This document shows positions 52,028-64,000 of a stretch of DNA of 64,000 bases, piece after piece. Within the stretch, counting starts at the first letter, position 1. The number at the start of each line of letters is the position of its first letter. The DNA is from Spirogloea muscicola (lineage: Eukaryota), in the NCBI GenBank assembly GCA_009602725.1, contig WELB01000003.1, positions 403,832 through 467,831 on the forward strand. The letters run 5' to 3'. The notes beneath the pieces were generated by a model. That model had not been told where the DNA came from, searched no databases, and saw only the letters and a program-made list of their open reading frames with translations. Made by a program: the position numbers and the translations under genes.

Positions 52028-54457
52028 ATGGGCGCTGCGCTGCGGCTCTCGGACAACGTCGTGGCGTCCATGGCCGTGGGCGCCGCCTTCAAGGACCCCG
52101 TGAGCTCTCGCTCCCCGCCCACCTCTATACCCCTGGGCCTTCCCACGGCCCGGGCCCCTTGCCAGATGGGCGCGCTGCGAGGCCTCCGGCTTGCTCTCAC
52201 CCTCAGCTAAGCTCCGCCCGGCCTGCCAGGGCTCGCGCGTCAGCTGCATCGACTTCCACCGCACCGAGGACCTGCTCGTCTCCGCCGCCGACGACGAGTC
52301 CATCCGGCTGTACAACACCGCCACCGCCACGCTGGTGAAGACGGTGCACAGCAAGAAGTACGGCGTGGACCTCATCAGCTTCACGCACCACCCCTCCGCC
52401 GTCATATACACCTCCAAGAACGGCTGGGATGGTGCGCACACCCCGCGCCGCGCCCGTGTGGCCTTGCATTATTCAACATCAGCGCTAAGGAAGGCTTCCG
52501 GGAGCTCAAGCTAGTCCGACTTCCCACGGCCCGGGCCCCCCTAGACCAGCACCCACATGCTGCGGCCCTCACTTTTGCGCACCAGAATGTTATCAACTGA
52601 GCGGGGCCTAGCTTACGTCTAGTGGGTACAGGGGTGTCCTAAGCCTGCCATACCATACGGGCTCGCACTCTGTGGTGGCCTCTGCTCACGGCTGCTGCTC
52701 CCTGCAGCGTGCTGCAGAGTCGCTCCGCTACCTCTCTCTGCACGACAATCGTTACCTGCGCTACTTCAAGGGCCACCGAGACAAGTATGCCTGCTCGACA
52801 CTAGCAGCAACTTATTTAAGCTGGAGTAGGTCGGACATTAGCAAGTTCACTGCTGTAATCCTGGCAACCTCAGTGACCTGAGCAAGCCAGCACGCATTGG
52901 GGAGTTTTCTGTCGACAAGTAATCATCATAAGAGCACATGAGCTGTGGTGCAGGGTGGTGTCCCTCTGCATGTCGCCAAAGAATGATACCTTCATGTCGG
53001 GCTCCTTGGACCACACTGTGCGACTCTGGGACCTGCGGAATAGTGCTTGCCAGGTGTTCGTACCCTGCCTTTTACTGCTAGCCACCACAGCTCTTGGAAG
53101 CTGAATGCACTCACTTTGCATGGTGCTCAATCCTACTTTCAAGAGCTCTGTCAAGTACTGGTCTGAGTTGGTACCTGTTCATTACTCTCTTGACTCATTA
53201 TATGCAGTGGTTGATAGGGGCTTTAGCTCAGATGCCAAGTACTTATGGTTGCCAAGTCCTACTGCTGGACTGACAATATCCGGGGGCCAAACTGGACAGG
53301 GGCTGGTGAGAGTGCGAGGCAGACCAGCTGTGACTTATGATCAGCAGGGGTTGGTCTTTGCCATTGCGATGGAGGGCGGCGCTGTCAAGCTCTTTGATAC
53401 CAAGTCATATGACAAGGCAAGTGAGACCTCCAGTCACCAAGGCATGTGAGCACGCGCTTCAGCTGGGTGATCAAGCCAAGCCTCTACACGCTCGTGGTAT
53501 CGCTCATGCCATTGCTCGTGATTCTTATGGACAGGGCCCCTTCGACACCTTCACAGTTGGGGGCGACAAAGCAGAGGTGTCCTGCATGAAGTTCAGCAAC
53601 GATGGCAAGCTGCTGTTGGTGTCAACAACCAACAACCGCATCTATGTTCTTGACGCTTACTCAGGCAACCAGGTCTCCTTGACCTGCAAACACCGCAGTC
53701 TGCTTGCTGAAGATTGACGTGTACAGTGAGCTCTGGTACACATGTTGGAGGCAAGCTACCAGGAGAGAGCTGTCCCTCTACTAGACTCACTGTTGCAGAA
53801 TGTACATCCACCTATTCCTGGTGGCCAAGCTAAGCTTGAAAGGAGCATGACTGTTTTAACAATAGTACTCAGTCCATCAGCATGGTGCTCTCAACAGCTG
53901 CACAGCTTCACAGTGCTGCCAGACTTGGATGGAGCCTGTCTTGAAGCTTCCTTCAGTCCAGATGGACAATACTTACTCTCCGGTGTGTAATGAAACAGGG
54001 TCTGCACAACAATGACAGAAGACTTGATAGATATTGCTTATCTTGTACGAAGTCACCGTAGTCCTGCCATACTATAGTTGCTCAAGCAGTCTGATACGTT
54101 CTGCAGGTTCAGGCGATAATTCCCTACATGTCTGGAACACGGCGTCTGGGCAGGAGGTGCCTTGCCTATCACGGCTAGCGTCTTTGGATGGTCCTTGCAG
54201 CGTATGCTGGACTATCCAGCTAGCTGTGATTGTGTCATGTTTGATGAAAGTCGGGCATTACACTTGCCTCTTTGGACTTACTACTTGACGACCTCACTTT
54301 GTGCTGATTGTGCTTTTTGTGTTCCGAGGTTGCATGCTGGGGTGCTCTTGCTGGAGTGCCCAGCGTCGTCAAGTGGGCTCCGCGGCGTCTGATGTTTGCT
54401 TCAGCGTCTTCAGCACTCTCATTCTGGATACCTGACCTTATGAAGCTGCAGTCATAG
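52028..54457 (+). CDS. WDR82: WD40 protein WDR82/Swd2 (COMPASS/CPF subunit; APRF1-like)
   Basis: [67 protein letters not shown]; multi-exon. Confidence 0.93.
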
Positions 54458-54891
54458 TCATGGTAAGTAGTTATCGCAAGTGATTATTAGAGTATCTTGT
54501 AAGCTTGCTTCAAGCACATGCAAGTACCTGATATGCAGCTACTGGACCTGGCAACTGTTGAGCACGAGAGCTCAGCACCAGGAAATGGGCGCTGCATGTC
54601 GATTCCAGGTCAGAATGTTATAGCTTGATGCACAGTTGCACAACTATCTCAAGCTTACCTGCAACTCCCCAGTGACATGCGTAAATTACGGTGCATAAGT
54701 ATCTCCATCATGCTGACAGGATTTCAGTGACTCATGCAGAGATTTACTGGATGCAACAATGATTGCAGGAGCCTATGGCAACATGTTATCTTGCCGCCTT
54801 ATTTGTGGCCAAGGCTTAAGCAAATATCCTGGGAGGGGCCCCTCCACCTCGTTCTGTGGAGGTCTCCGGCCATCCATCCTCCAGAGCCTCA

Positions 54892-57800
54892 TTAGATAAT
54901 TGGCGACTGCTCTGAGACCCTATCAAGCACCAGACCCATGCAGAGCTCCTGGCAGGACTCTGGAGTGCCCTTTTCAGATTCTTGCCCATTTTGTGTGTCC
55001 TGCTGCTGCTGTCCTCGTGGCTGCCGATTCTGTTGCGTTCCTCCTGGCAAAGCAGCACCGTTGCTTAATTTTCTCTTCCGAGAGGGATCAAGGATACGGA
55101 AATCTCTAGCTGTGCTCCGCTTGGCGTGCCTCATAAGGTTCACTCCTGTCAGCTTGCTTAGCTTGATCAGGTACTTTTCGTAGTCTTCCATGTGAAAGAT
55201 GAGGTCTGGAATAGTCCGGCTCTCCTTTCTTATGGAAGACAGTGAGATTTTCTGGAGTTCCTTTGCTTGCTCCTGAAGAGCAATGCAACAGCAAGTAGGC
55301 CTTTATTCGAAGCAGTTCTTTTATGACGGCGTCATGGCAGCTTACTAGATTTCAGATAGATCACCTGCCAAGCAGCAGCTCATAAGGGTGTACTACTTCT
55401 GAGAGTTAACATGTCGGCTCAAACATTCTTATAATGGGGCGAAAACGGGGGGGTACCTTCTGTAATTTATCCATGAAAAGGTAGAGTGGCCCTGTGATAT
55501 TACTGCAAGTAGTTCTTGCTAATTGCTGGAAAGTGGACGATGGCAGGACCTGCTCTTGCCCTTTCCTTGCTAGCCAAGCTTTGGCTGTTGAGGCGAGGCA
55601 CTTGAACAGCTTCATTGTCACCCGCAGGAATTGCTCAGCTCTAATTGCTGCACATTGTATCATCACAGAACTTGCTCAGCGCTCTCAACTGGAGCATCAA
55701 TGTGCGGTCAGGTACTGCATCAAGTCTCCTTTTCGTCAAAGGCTTCGCAACAACACAAGGTCGTCTTATAGCAGACTGTCCAAGTAGGGGTGTATGATTG
55801 ACCTGCGGGTCCAACTGTAAGAAACACAGCCAGCAATTGTACAATCAGCTCAAGTCTTGACCCAACCACTGCCTGCAGCTGCAGCTGAGTAATGTTCCTC
55901 CTGCTAACGTGTTGGGTCGGAGATGCGGTCTCTTCTACTTTCTCAAATCTTTGAGGATTTATGAGATGGCTATGCAACCAATCACAATCTTGGAGTGCCC
56001 TTTCAGCATGCAACAATAATGTGTTGAGAACTGCACTGCTTGAGCCCGTTGTCACAAAAGGCAGTACGGATGACTGCTCTGTCTCTTCATCTTGCTCTGC
56101 CAGGACCACAGTTTGCGCCTCAGTAGCAACAGAGAGTGCCACCTTTAGGTCGTCAAGCTCTCCTGGATTTGCTCGCAAAGAGCTGCATACACTTAGCCAC
56201 AGCAACAACAGAGACTTTGCAGCTCCTGCGTGTTCTACACTCTGCTGGTGGCACATCTGCTCTACTTGCTTCAGTAGCATACGCCTCTGGTCCTCAGGGA
56301 CGTACTTTACAAGAAGTAGTAAGGCCTCTGCCACCACCTGCCACAATGCAGAATAAGAGTTGGTGTCATCTGTATTTGTGCTGCAGGATTTGGTCGGAGT
56401 ATTTGGGCATCTACATGAGCATCGACATGCATGGCCAGATTCAGCGTCATTGTCGCACCTCAGCTTCCTGAAATGCACAGGAAGCTAGCAGAGTCTGCAG
56501 CAATGTAACGATCATATGTACGCAGCCAGAATCCTGTCTCTCAGCTGACCCCAATTCCGTGCTGCGATCATGATTGCAAACATGACTGCGTAGCAAGGAA
56601 GCCACATTGTCACCAGTAATGGCAACTTTTATGAGGAGCTTCACACATTTGATGGCTATGAGCAGCTCGTTTTTGAAATTCTCATGCTTGCTGCAATCGG
56701 CACTTCCACCCTTGTGCCTTGCCCCTGTATCCATCTGCCTTGTGTGCATATCCCCACACTTCAGGTCCTGGTGGTCTATGTTGGAGAGATAGAGCACAAG
56801 CAGCAGCAGAGGTTGGGAAACCGTCACCCAGTCCGTACACTTCGGACTGTCATCGTGCCCACCTTGCATGCTCTGCAAACATCTGATCCACCTCAAATAC
56901 ATCTCACAGCTGGCTAGTGCAAATCTGCAGAGGTATTGGCAGTCCTTGAAGCTTTTTGTCTGCTCATCAGCAGAAGTCGCCTGCAACTCCTCGTCGCCAA
57001 TTACGTCAAGCAACTGGTAGGATGATTTTTTCATTACCGTCTGCAAGAGGGCAGCTATTGCCTTGGAGCCAAGAAGTGGTTGCCGCCTATGAGCAGTCAA
57101 GGCAGGAGACTTTGTGTACTGCCTTGAGAGCTTGACTGCGGCAGGGCTGGACGAAGTGACGGGCTCGTCCACAGAAGCATTTTCTTTGTTCTGATTTCTC
57201 GCAGCCGGCCTGCCTGATTTCCGAGCTGGCTTGAAGATACCTAGAGAGAGTAGCTCATTGTGCAGCATGATGAAGTGCATGAGCTGTGCTTCAAGCACAT
57301 TCCCATCACCGATTGCAGGAATCTCAAGAACCACAGAGTCAATCAAAATTTCAAGGATCCCCAGGAGTAGATTTGCACGCTCCTTGACTTCGAGTTGACA
57401 GAGTTTAGCTGGCACATGACCATTCACATAAACCCCAATACCTGCTAAATCGAAATTACGTTGATCAGGTCAGCATGGTTGGGTGCACTGTCAACGGTTG
57501 CTTGAGGCATCAAAGCAGACAATAAGTAAGCTGGTTGCTATTTCAAGGCACATGATTGGACGGTTGAAGCCAACCAGACCGCTACAGATCTGGAGGACAG
57601 TAAGGCAAGGTGAAGGAAGAGGCAAACAGACTTGCAGGCTGGCTATGATGTAACCAATCCGTTATGTCTGCAAAGACTGCTGCAAAGCGACTAGCAATGC
57701 TTCCATGACCTGCCTGGTTCTGCAGAAAACAACCAATGAGACGTCATATTGATGACTTCCAGAATGGTCCATATAGCCCCAAGCATCGCTGACGAGCACC

Positions 57801-60800
57801 GACAACACTTTTCAATCAGACTGGCTGAGCCCACTGATGCATTGAGCTCACCACAGCCTGTGATTCTGAGAAGCCAAGCCTGATCCACTTATAATCAGTA
57901 GACTGACTTTTAGGAACTGATTCCAAGGATTGAAATGTAAGCAGCTCTTTGATGGAGGCCAGAAGCTGATCAAGCGGCTCGTCCATCACTGTGCCACTGG
58001 GAGTCTCTCGGAAACATTTGTTGATTGACAATGGAATTTCGCTCTCTTTGCGAGCCTACACAGCACACCAACTTACACTTCAAACGTCAGAAGCCTTTGG
58101 ACTGGCTGAGCAGCACAACCACTGCCCTTGAGCTGCCCTTGGGCAACATCAAGCATAGCTAGACAGCAGATAGAGACAACTGCGATTCCGTGGAGCATAC
58201 CTGAGGATCAATATAATACTGGAGGAAATGAGATTCCAGCAATTTTAGTAGGACTTCTCGCATGTCTGGATTCGACTGAAGCACCTGTGGCAGGCCCCTG
58301 TAGCAGATAGTTCGAAGTGCAAACTGCATGCAATGTGCTGAAGTTGAGATAGCAACTTCCGAAAGCCGGAGCCAAGTCCATCAGCTTGTTACAAGACAGA
58401 TACTAGACAGCAGAGGTCATGATACGAGCTTTTTGCACCTGCTGAGAGAAGCAACGGCGAAGATATGCAAGTAGCTCCGGGACAAGGTTGAGCTTGCAAT
58501 GTTGAAGTTGAGCGCTGCTCTGGCTGCTGCTGCACTGACTAGTGCTCTGACTTGGTCCTTGAGATGAGGAAGCCAAGTGTGCCTGGCAGCCATCCACAAT
58601 GAGTTGCAGGATTCCTTTGACCCCAACCATCCTTGCTTGTGGTTCATGACTGAAGAGTGCCTTGCGAAGCACAACAACGGCATGCCTCTGCAAAAGCAAA
58701 CATAATACTGTAAACGCCAGCGAGCTAATATCTGCAGTCAACATCTACAACAAGGCCAACTTGAGGACGACGAGGATGTACAAGCTGAATATATGCCTGT
58801 TGCGACCTTCTGGAGCTCTGCAGCCATGGGGACACAGCTAAGGATTTGTCACCTGCAGGTTGCGCTTGTACTGCAGGATGGGGGATAAAGCTTTCAGTAA
58901 TGCCCGTGCGCAATCAGGGGGGAGCATGGGCAAGCAATCAAGACAATCTGTGAGGCGAGCATGGTATTCCATTATTTGGCTCAATCTGCTTTGTATAAGC
59001 TTCTCCATTAGCCTGCCACAGTCCAGCAGTGTCCAAGGAGTGCTCAGGGACATCAGTTGTACTCTGCCTTCACAGCAACTTTGACACACTGTCTTGTGGT
59101 GCATCTTGTAAAGACCAAAGCCTACCTCACAATCTTCACCACACGGAGGTTTTGCGGCCTGCTGACACGCAGTATGCATTGTTCAATGATCTGCCAAAGC
59201 AAAGAGTCTTGTCAAGGCATCAGAAGCTGGTAAGTCTGAAGGTCGTGAAAGCAGTGCAGCAGCAGTTGCAGCAGAAGTGATAATACTGTAGCAGAATGAA
59301 GTGCAGAAGTGCAGAGGCCACCGAGTAGCTATACCATATCGCGTGCCATTTTGTGCTCATCAAAGGCAATCAAGATCATCCTAATGCCAATGCACTCCAT
59401 TGAGCCAGAAGAGTCCAGCAGCATGAAGGCTAAATGCACAGAGCTCTCAATTATGTGTTCCCCACCTGTATTTCCATAGTGAACCTGCAGGATCCAAGAC
59501 TACGATTATAGGAAGTGACAAGCAGCAGTCTCCGAGGCAGGGACCTTGTTGTGATGGTCAACCCCACATCGAGTGGGGATACTCTTGTTGGAGCAGAAGC
59601 GACAATTGTGGGCCTAAGCTTGTCATGATCTGATCAGAGCCTTGGGCAACAGGTATGCTAGTTGGAGTAGCCGTACAGCCTGCAGGAAAGCAGTCTCTGC
59701 AGCCTCAACTGCCCTGACTGTCTCATCCTCTAGTGAAGGTGGTGTCCACGCAAAGCCTCTGCAGCATGTACAGTCGACCACATGACCAAGGTCAGGCAAG
59801 ACGTGGAATCCGAGACAGCAAGTTCCCTTGTGGTCACATGAGCGTGTGTTGCACACCTGCAGCGTCTGCAGTCGTTTTGCAGTTGCTGTATGGTTGACAT
59901 GAGGAGCTGAAGAGAGGCTTGTTTCACACCTCGTATTCTTGCCAGAGACAAGAGCACTGAGACAAGGAATGACGATATTTGCCGCTTGTGCACTTTGAGC
60001 AAGCGAAACCACTCCTGGCCAAGCTCAGCATCCTGCTTCACAGCAAAGTTGATGTGGAGGATGATGGAGCCCTTGACTTGTCCTAGGGGAGTATTTGCTC
60101 TATTCCGCGGGCGCAAAAGCTTCTGCTGACTTCCTGTGTTTGCTGCAGTTGCCTTGGGTTCTTGTGAAGCCTCGACTTGTTCCGCTTGCCAAAAAAAGCC
60201 AGCAAGCTTTGCAGCCACCAGGCCCCTGAGGTCCCGTGCGGAGGCCAGAAGCAGCAGCTGGTAGACCAAAGGTGGCAACCCCTGCAGCTCCACCTCCCGC
60301 ATGCCTTGTATGACCTTCTTCACAGCCAGCTCAAGCTGCTCCCGCTCCATAGGAAGCTCCCTCAACGTCACTACCATGGCGGTGAGACTGGAGGGCGTCC
60401 AAGGGCAGGCCAGCATGCGCTCCAGCGCAGTCCTGAAATACGCAAGCCCTGGCATCGGGCTGGCCGGATGGTCCGAGCCATCCACAGGCGATAGCACTAC
60501 TTCCGGGGACAGGTGGATAAGGCTCAGGCACTTCGAGAGCATCTCGGAGTGCCTGCTATCCGCTACAGCCCCTTCAGTTTCCATGTAAGCTAGCATTGGC
60601 TCCACGACAGCAGGGAGGTGCTCCGCAGGAATGCGGCCTATCTCCCTCATCAGCTCCGTCAGGCAGTCCGAGCCCGCCCGCTCAGGCGGCAGACGGCCAG
60701 CGTGGAGCAGGCCCAGGACCGTGGTGACTATAGAGATGCGGAGGCCGCGCAAGCGCTCTGCCTCACGGCGGTCGCAGGGCTTGGTAGAGCCGCTGGTGCC

Positions 60801-60950
60801 ACCAGACCGGAGCAAAGCTCGCACGCGCTCGCACAGGGCGTGGCCGGACGGACCGTCGGCGGCAGCCAGGGCTCGCAGGTCGCCCAGGAGCGTGGCCATG
60901 GCGGCGGCGGCGGCGCCGGCGGCCACGTCTCCGGAGAGGGGAGGCGCCAT
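54892..60950 (-). CDS. FANCI: Fanconi anemia group I protein, multi-exon
   Basis: LQGLPPLVYQLLLLA, GSIILHINFAVKQDAELG, VLRKALFS, EPLDQLL, IPDLIFHMEDYEKYLIKLSK..RSTARDFRI. Internal exon borders not all resolved. Confidence 0.92.
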
Positions 60951-61179
60951 GAGGGGCCACGGCGAGGCGGAGCGCGGCCGAGGCGGCCTCGTCCCCTGTG
61001 CGAGTAGCAGTATGGTGCTCTTTGCGCCATCCGGCCCTTTCAGGCTTTTGTACAATCCTCTGGGCTGGCCTCTCACAGCCATTGCCCTGCGTTGGAAGAG
61101 CTGTTTCCCCTCTGGGGATTAGCTGTTTCCCCTCTGGGGAAACAGCTCTTCCAACGCAGCTCTTCCAACTCTCCCAACT

Positions 61180-61830
61180 CTGACGCCGGGTACCGTGCGG
61201 TCGTGGAAGTGAACAACATCATGCCTATTACCACGGATGCCCAGGGATGTCGTAATCGCCGCACACTTGACATTGTGGGCGTGCAACCTGGTGGAAGTCC
61301 ACGGGCCTTGGTCGAAGTGGTTGTTACGGAGGCGTGTAAAGGTCCAGCATCGACGCACATCGTTGGCCACGCAGTCGGCAGTGCAGAACAAAGCAAGCTG
61401 CAGCACTACTCCGATTTCCCCCAATGCGATCAGCTCCTGCCAGCTGCAGTTGACATCTTTGGCTGCTTAGGTCCTCGTTTCCACACTCTCCTGCAGAATA
61501 TTGCCAATCTAGGCTATGCACGACGTGCAGATGTGTTTCCGGCTGAGATGGGCCTGCCAGCTGCATATCTGTCGTTCTTGCGACGACGCATTTCGGCCTA
61601 TTTGCAGCGTGCTTAGGCTAATGCTTTGCACCAGAAAGCTGGGCGTGCTCTAGTTGGTAGCAGAAGGGCTTCGTATCTGCCATCCAGTATTCAGGCATCG
61701 AGTAGCGACCTTTATGTACTGACCCGTGGTTACTGAGCGGGTCAATCTGCTGTAGATGATGTACGTCTCTAGATGTGCTTGCCTTTGTACTTGGCCATTT
61801 GGCCTTTGTTTGGTTCAAGTACACGAAAAT
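61180..61830 (+). pseudogene. CRE-like RLE endonuclease 3' fragment in the FANCI/HISN7 divergent spacer
   Basis: RTLDIV..LVEVVV..GHAVGSAEQSKLQHY..LLPAAVDIFGCLG..RRRISAYLQRA. Confidence 0.72.
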
Positions 61831-62077
61831 ATCCTCTGGGATTCAACGTCCAAGTTCAAAGCTTCGTAATGTCGTGGTTGGCGGGCCCGGCGGACGCCAA
61901 CCACGGCCTGGCGGGCCCGCCCGTTCCGCCCGACGGCGGCGCCCGGCGCCGCCGTTCCGTCGCGCCCGACGACCGGCTCCCCGAGGCCAAAAGCNCGCCG
62001 CCGGCTCCGGCTGGCTAGCCCCGGCTGCGCCACCCTCCAGATACACCGCAGCCGCCGCCGCCTCCAGGCCCGCGGCG

Positions 62078-63747
62078 ATGGCGCCGGGCTGCCCGCCGAA
62101 CTTCGTGGAGGTCGGCGCGGAGCTGGCGAGCGCCGCCGGCCGGATCGTCCTGCAGTACTTCCGCCAGGGCCTGGCGGTGGAGGACAAGCAGGATCTAAGT
62201 GCGATCCGGCTGCTGCTGGCCCTGTCTGCCCCCCGGCGCGGCCGCCTGCCCTCCATTGCTCGCTAGAGCTTCTGCAAGTGCTCGCTGTGCGCGTCAGCTT
62301 GGTCCTTGACGCCGGAGTCGCCGCGGTGGGGCAGGTCCGGTGACCATCGCCGACCGCAAGGCGGAGGCGGCCATGCGCGCCATCCTCCGGGAGCGGCTGC
62401 CATCGCACGCCATGTGGGCGCCTGATGGCGCTCCCGCTGCCCCTTCACTGTTACGCAGCTCGCGACAGAAGCAGCTCCAGGAGCCGTTACTCTCGCAATG
62501 GGCCGCCAGTCCTAGCGAGCAACCGGCATATTGAGGTGGGAGCACCATGCATGCCAGCTAACCAGGATGGGGCCGCCTCGTCCTTCCGGCAGCTACGGAG
62601 AGGAGGAAGGCTTGGAGGTAGGCCACGGCGACGGCGAGTGGTTCTGGGTGCTGGACCCAATTGACGGCACCAAGAGCTTCATCACTGGTAACCGTCCTTA
62701 CGTCACGGAGTCTCTTGGAATCACTCTGCCACGATGCTGAAGCCCTGAGTTACTGGTACTGGTTCAGAGAGTCTTTTGGAGGAGTGTGCTGACGGCTGTA
62801 TGTGAAAGAAGACTGACTCGTGGCTCAGACCCCTGCACGCTTGATGGAGGCCACAGGAAAGCCGTTATTTGGAACGCTCATCGCCCTGCTGCACCACGGT
62901 GTTCCGGTCAGTAATACACTTCCTGCAGTGCATGTGATAGTATTCACTATCATGATGTGGCAGCTTGAGCATTTGAATGAAATGGCTTTCGCGTCTCACA
63001 ACAGAGGAAATGAAATGCCCATCCAGTACTCATCATGACTCGTTACGTTGTTGTGGCGTGTAATGGAAGGGCTCTTGTAATGCCCTTAATCAGAACCTCA
63101 TGTGCCCTGCCGCCTTAGAGACTCATTTAGCCAGCTCTGCTCTGTAGGTCTTGGGGGTGATTGACCAACCCGTGCTTCGCGAGCGATGGATTGGAGTACA
63201 AGGTCAGCCAACGACACTTAATGGCACCCCTATCAGGGTTCGCCCCTGCAAGGACATTGCTTCAGCATACATGTAAGCTGCATGTCACAGGTGTGTTTAG
63301 CCCCTCTCAAGTATAGAAACGCAGGATTGGTGGTGAACTTGAACGGAGCTGCTATTTTAGAAATATTGGTGAATATATGCTGTTGCGCTTGTCACAGTCA
63401 CGCTAGGGAGGCTTTGGCACTGCTCATTCACCGGCATGTTGCAGGTATTCAACAACTCCCCACATGTTTGTTGGACAAGCTGACGATGCCTTCCAGAGGA
63501 TACGTAGCAAGGTGAGGTGCAATAGCCTGTTTGTTGTTTAAGCACGTTTTGCTTTGTGGAAGTAGTGAGACTTAGGCTCACCTGGTCAATTGCCTGGCCA
63601 GACATGGCAATGTGACCTCTCGAATTGGCCTCATGCCCTAGTTGCAAACCATGCCAGGTGAAGATGCCTCTTTACGGGTGTGATTGCTATGCCTATGGAC
63701 TGCTTGCAGCTGGGCATGTTGACCTTGTGGTGGAAGCTGATCTGAAG
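62078..63747 (+). CDS. HISN7: Histidinol-phosphate phosphatase / inositol monophosphatase-like 2 (partial; continues beyond window; true start probably upstream, near the N at 61995)
   Basis: [74 protein letters not shown]. Confidence 0.92.
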
Positions 63748-64000
63748 GTAAGTATGACCCCTGAGCCAAAGTTTATGCAACTAAACATACTGTGAGCTAG
63801 CTACATTATGCCAGCGATAGTGCAGCAAGTTGGGAGGATGTAGCTCACTAGCACGCGTAATCCAGAGCATAGACTGCCTAGCTTCAAGGTAGCGTAATAG
63901 CAATGCTCGCCATGCTATGCACAGTCGCTGCTTCCGTTATACTGTGAAGATGTGAAGGACATTCCCAAGCTTTTAAGATACCAAGTCCTACAGCAAATTG

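Noticed and set aside
52139..52540. 20-bp motif CTTCCCACGGCCCGGGCCCC repeated in WDR82 introns 1 and 2
   Set aside because: Only two copies; no evidence for function or mobile introns.
61869..62077. Upstream ATG for HISN7 at 61869
   Set aside because: The N at 61995 marks an assembly uncertainty, so frame and start cannot be fixed.

Overview
Eukaryotic nuclear DNA from a photosynthetic green-lineage organism. A streptophyte alga or non-seed plant is most likely, given spliceosomal introns, TTTAGGG repeats, plastid psbD/psaB fragments, Rab21 and HISN7. The window has two sharply separated halves. About 1-39.1 kb is a nest of chromodomain-bearing Ty3/gypsy (chromovirus) LTR retrotransposons with at least five LTR types (my labels A-E), several TSD-flanked solo LTRs, and a Ty1/copia remnant. 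About 39.1-64 kb is gene-dense (OXLD1-like, RPT3, Rab21, WDR82/SWD2, FANCI, HISN7/IMPL2), and its spacers are filled with fragments of a CRE-like non-LTR retrotransposon carrying a restriction-like endonuclease (RLE). Main observations: (1) a TSD-flanked, two-LTR element with an open RT-RNaseH-integrase-chromodomain ORF but no gag or protease; (2) a covarying stem-loop plus CTTCCGCTGCG motif shared by all five LTR types; (3) a His-rich Gag repeat and an extra domain between Gag and protease; (4) CRE-like 3' ends with TTC tails inserting at GAAG sites; (5) telomere-repeat and plastid-mosaic fillers at lesions. All alignments, identities and family calls were made by eye; no searches were run.
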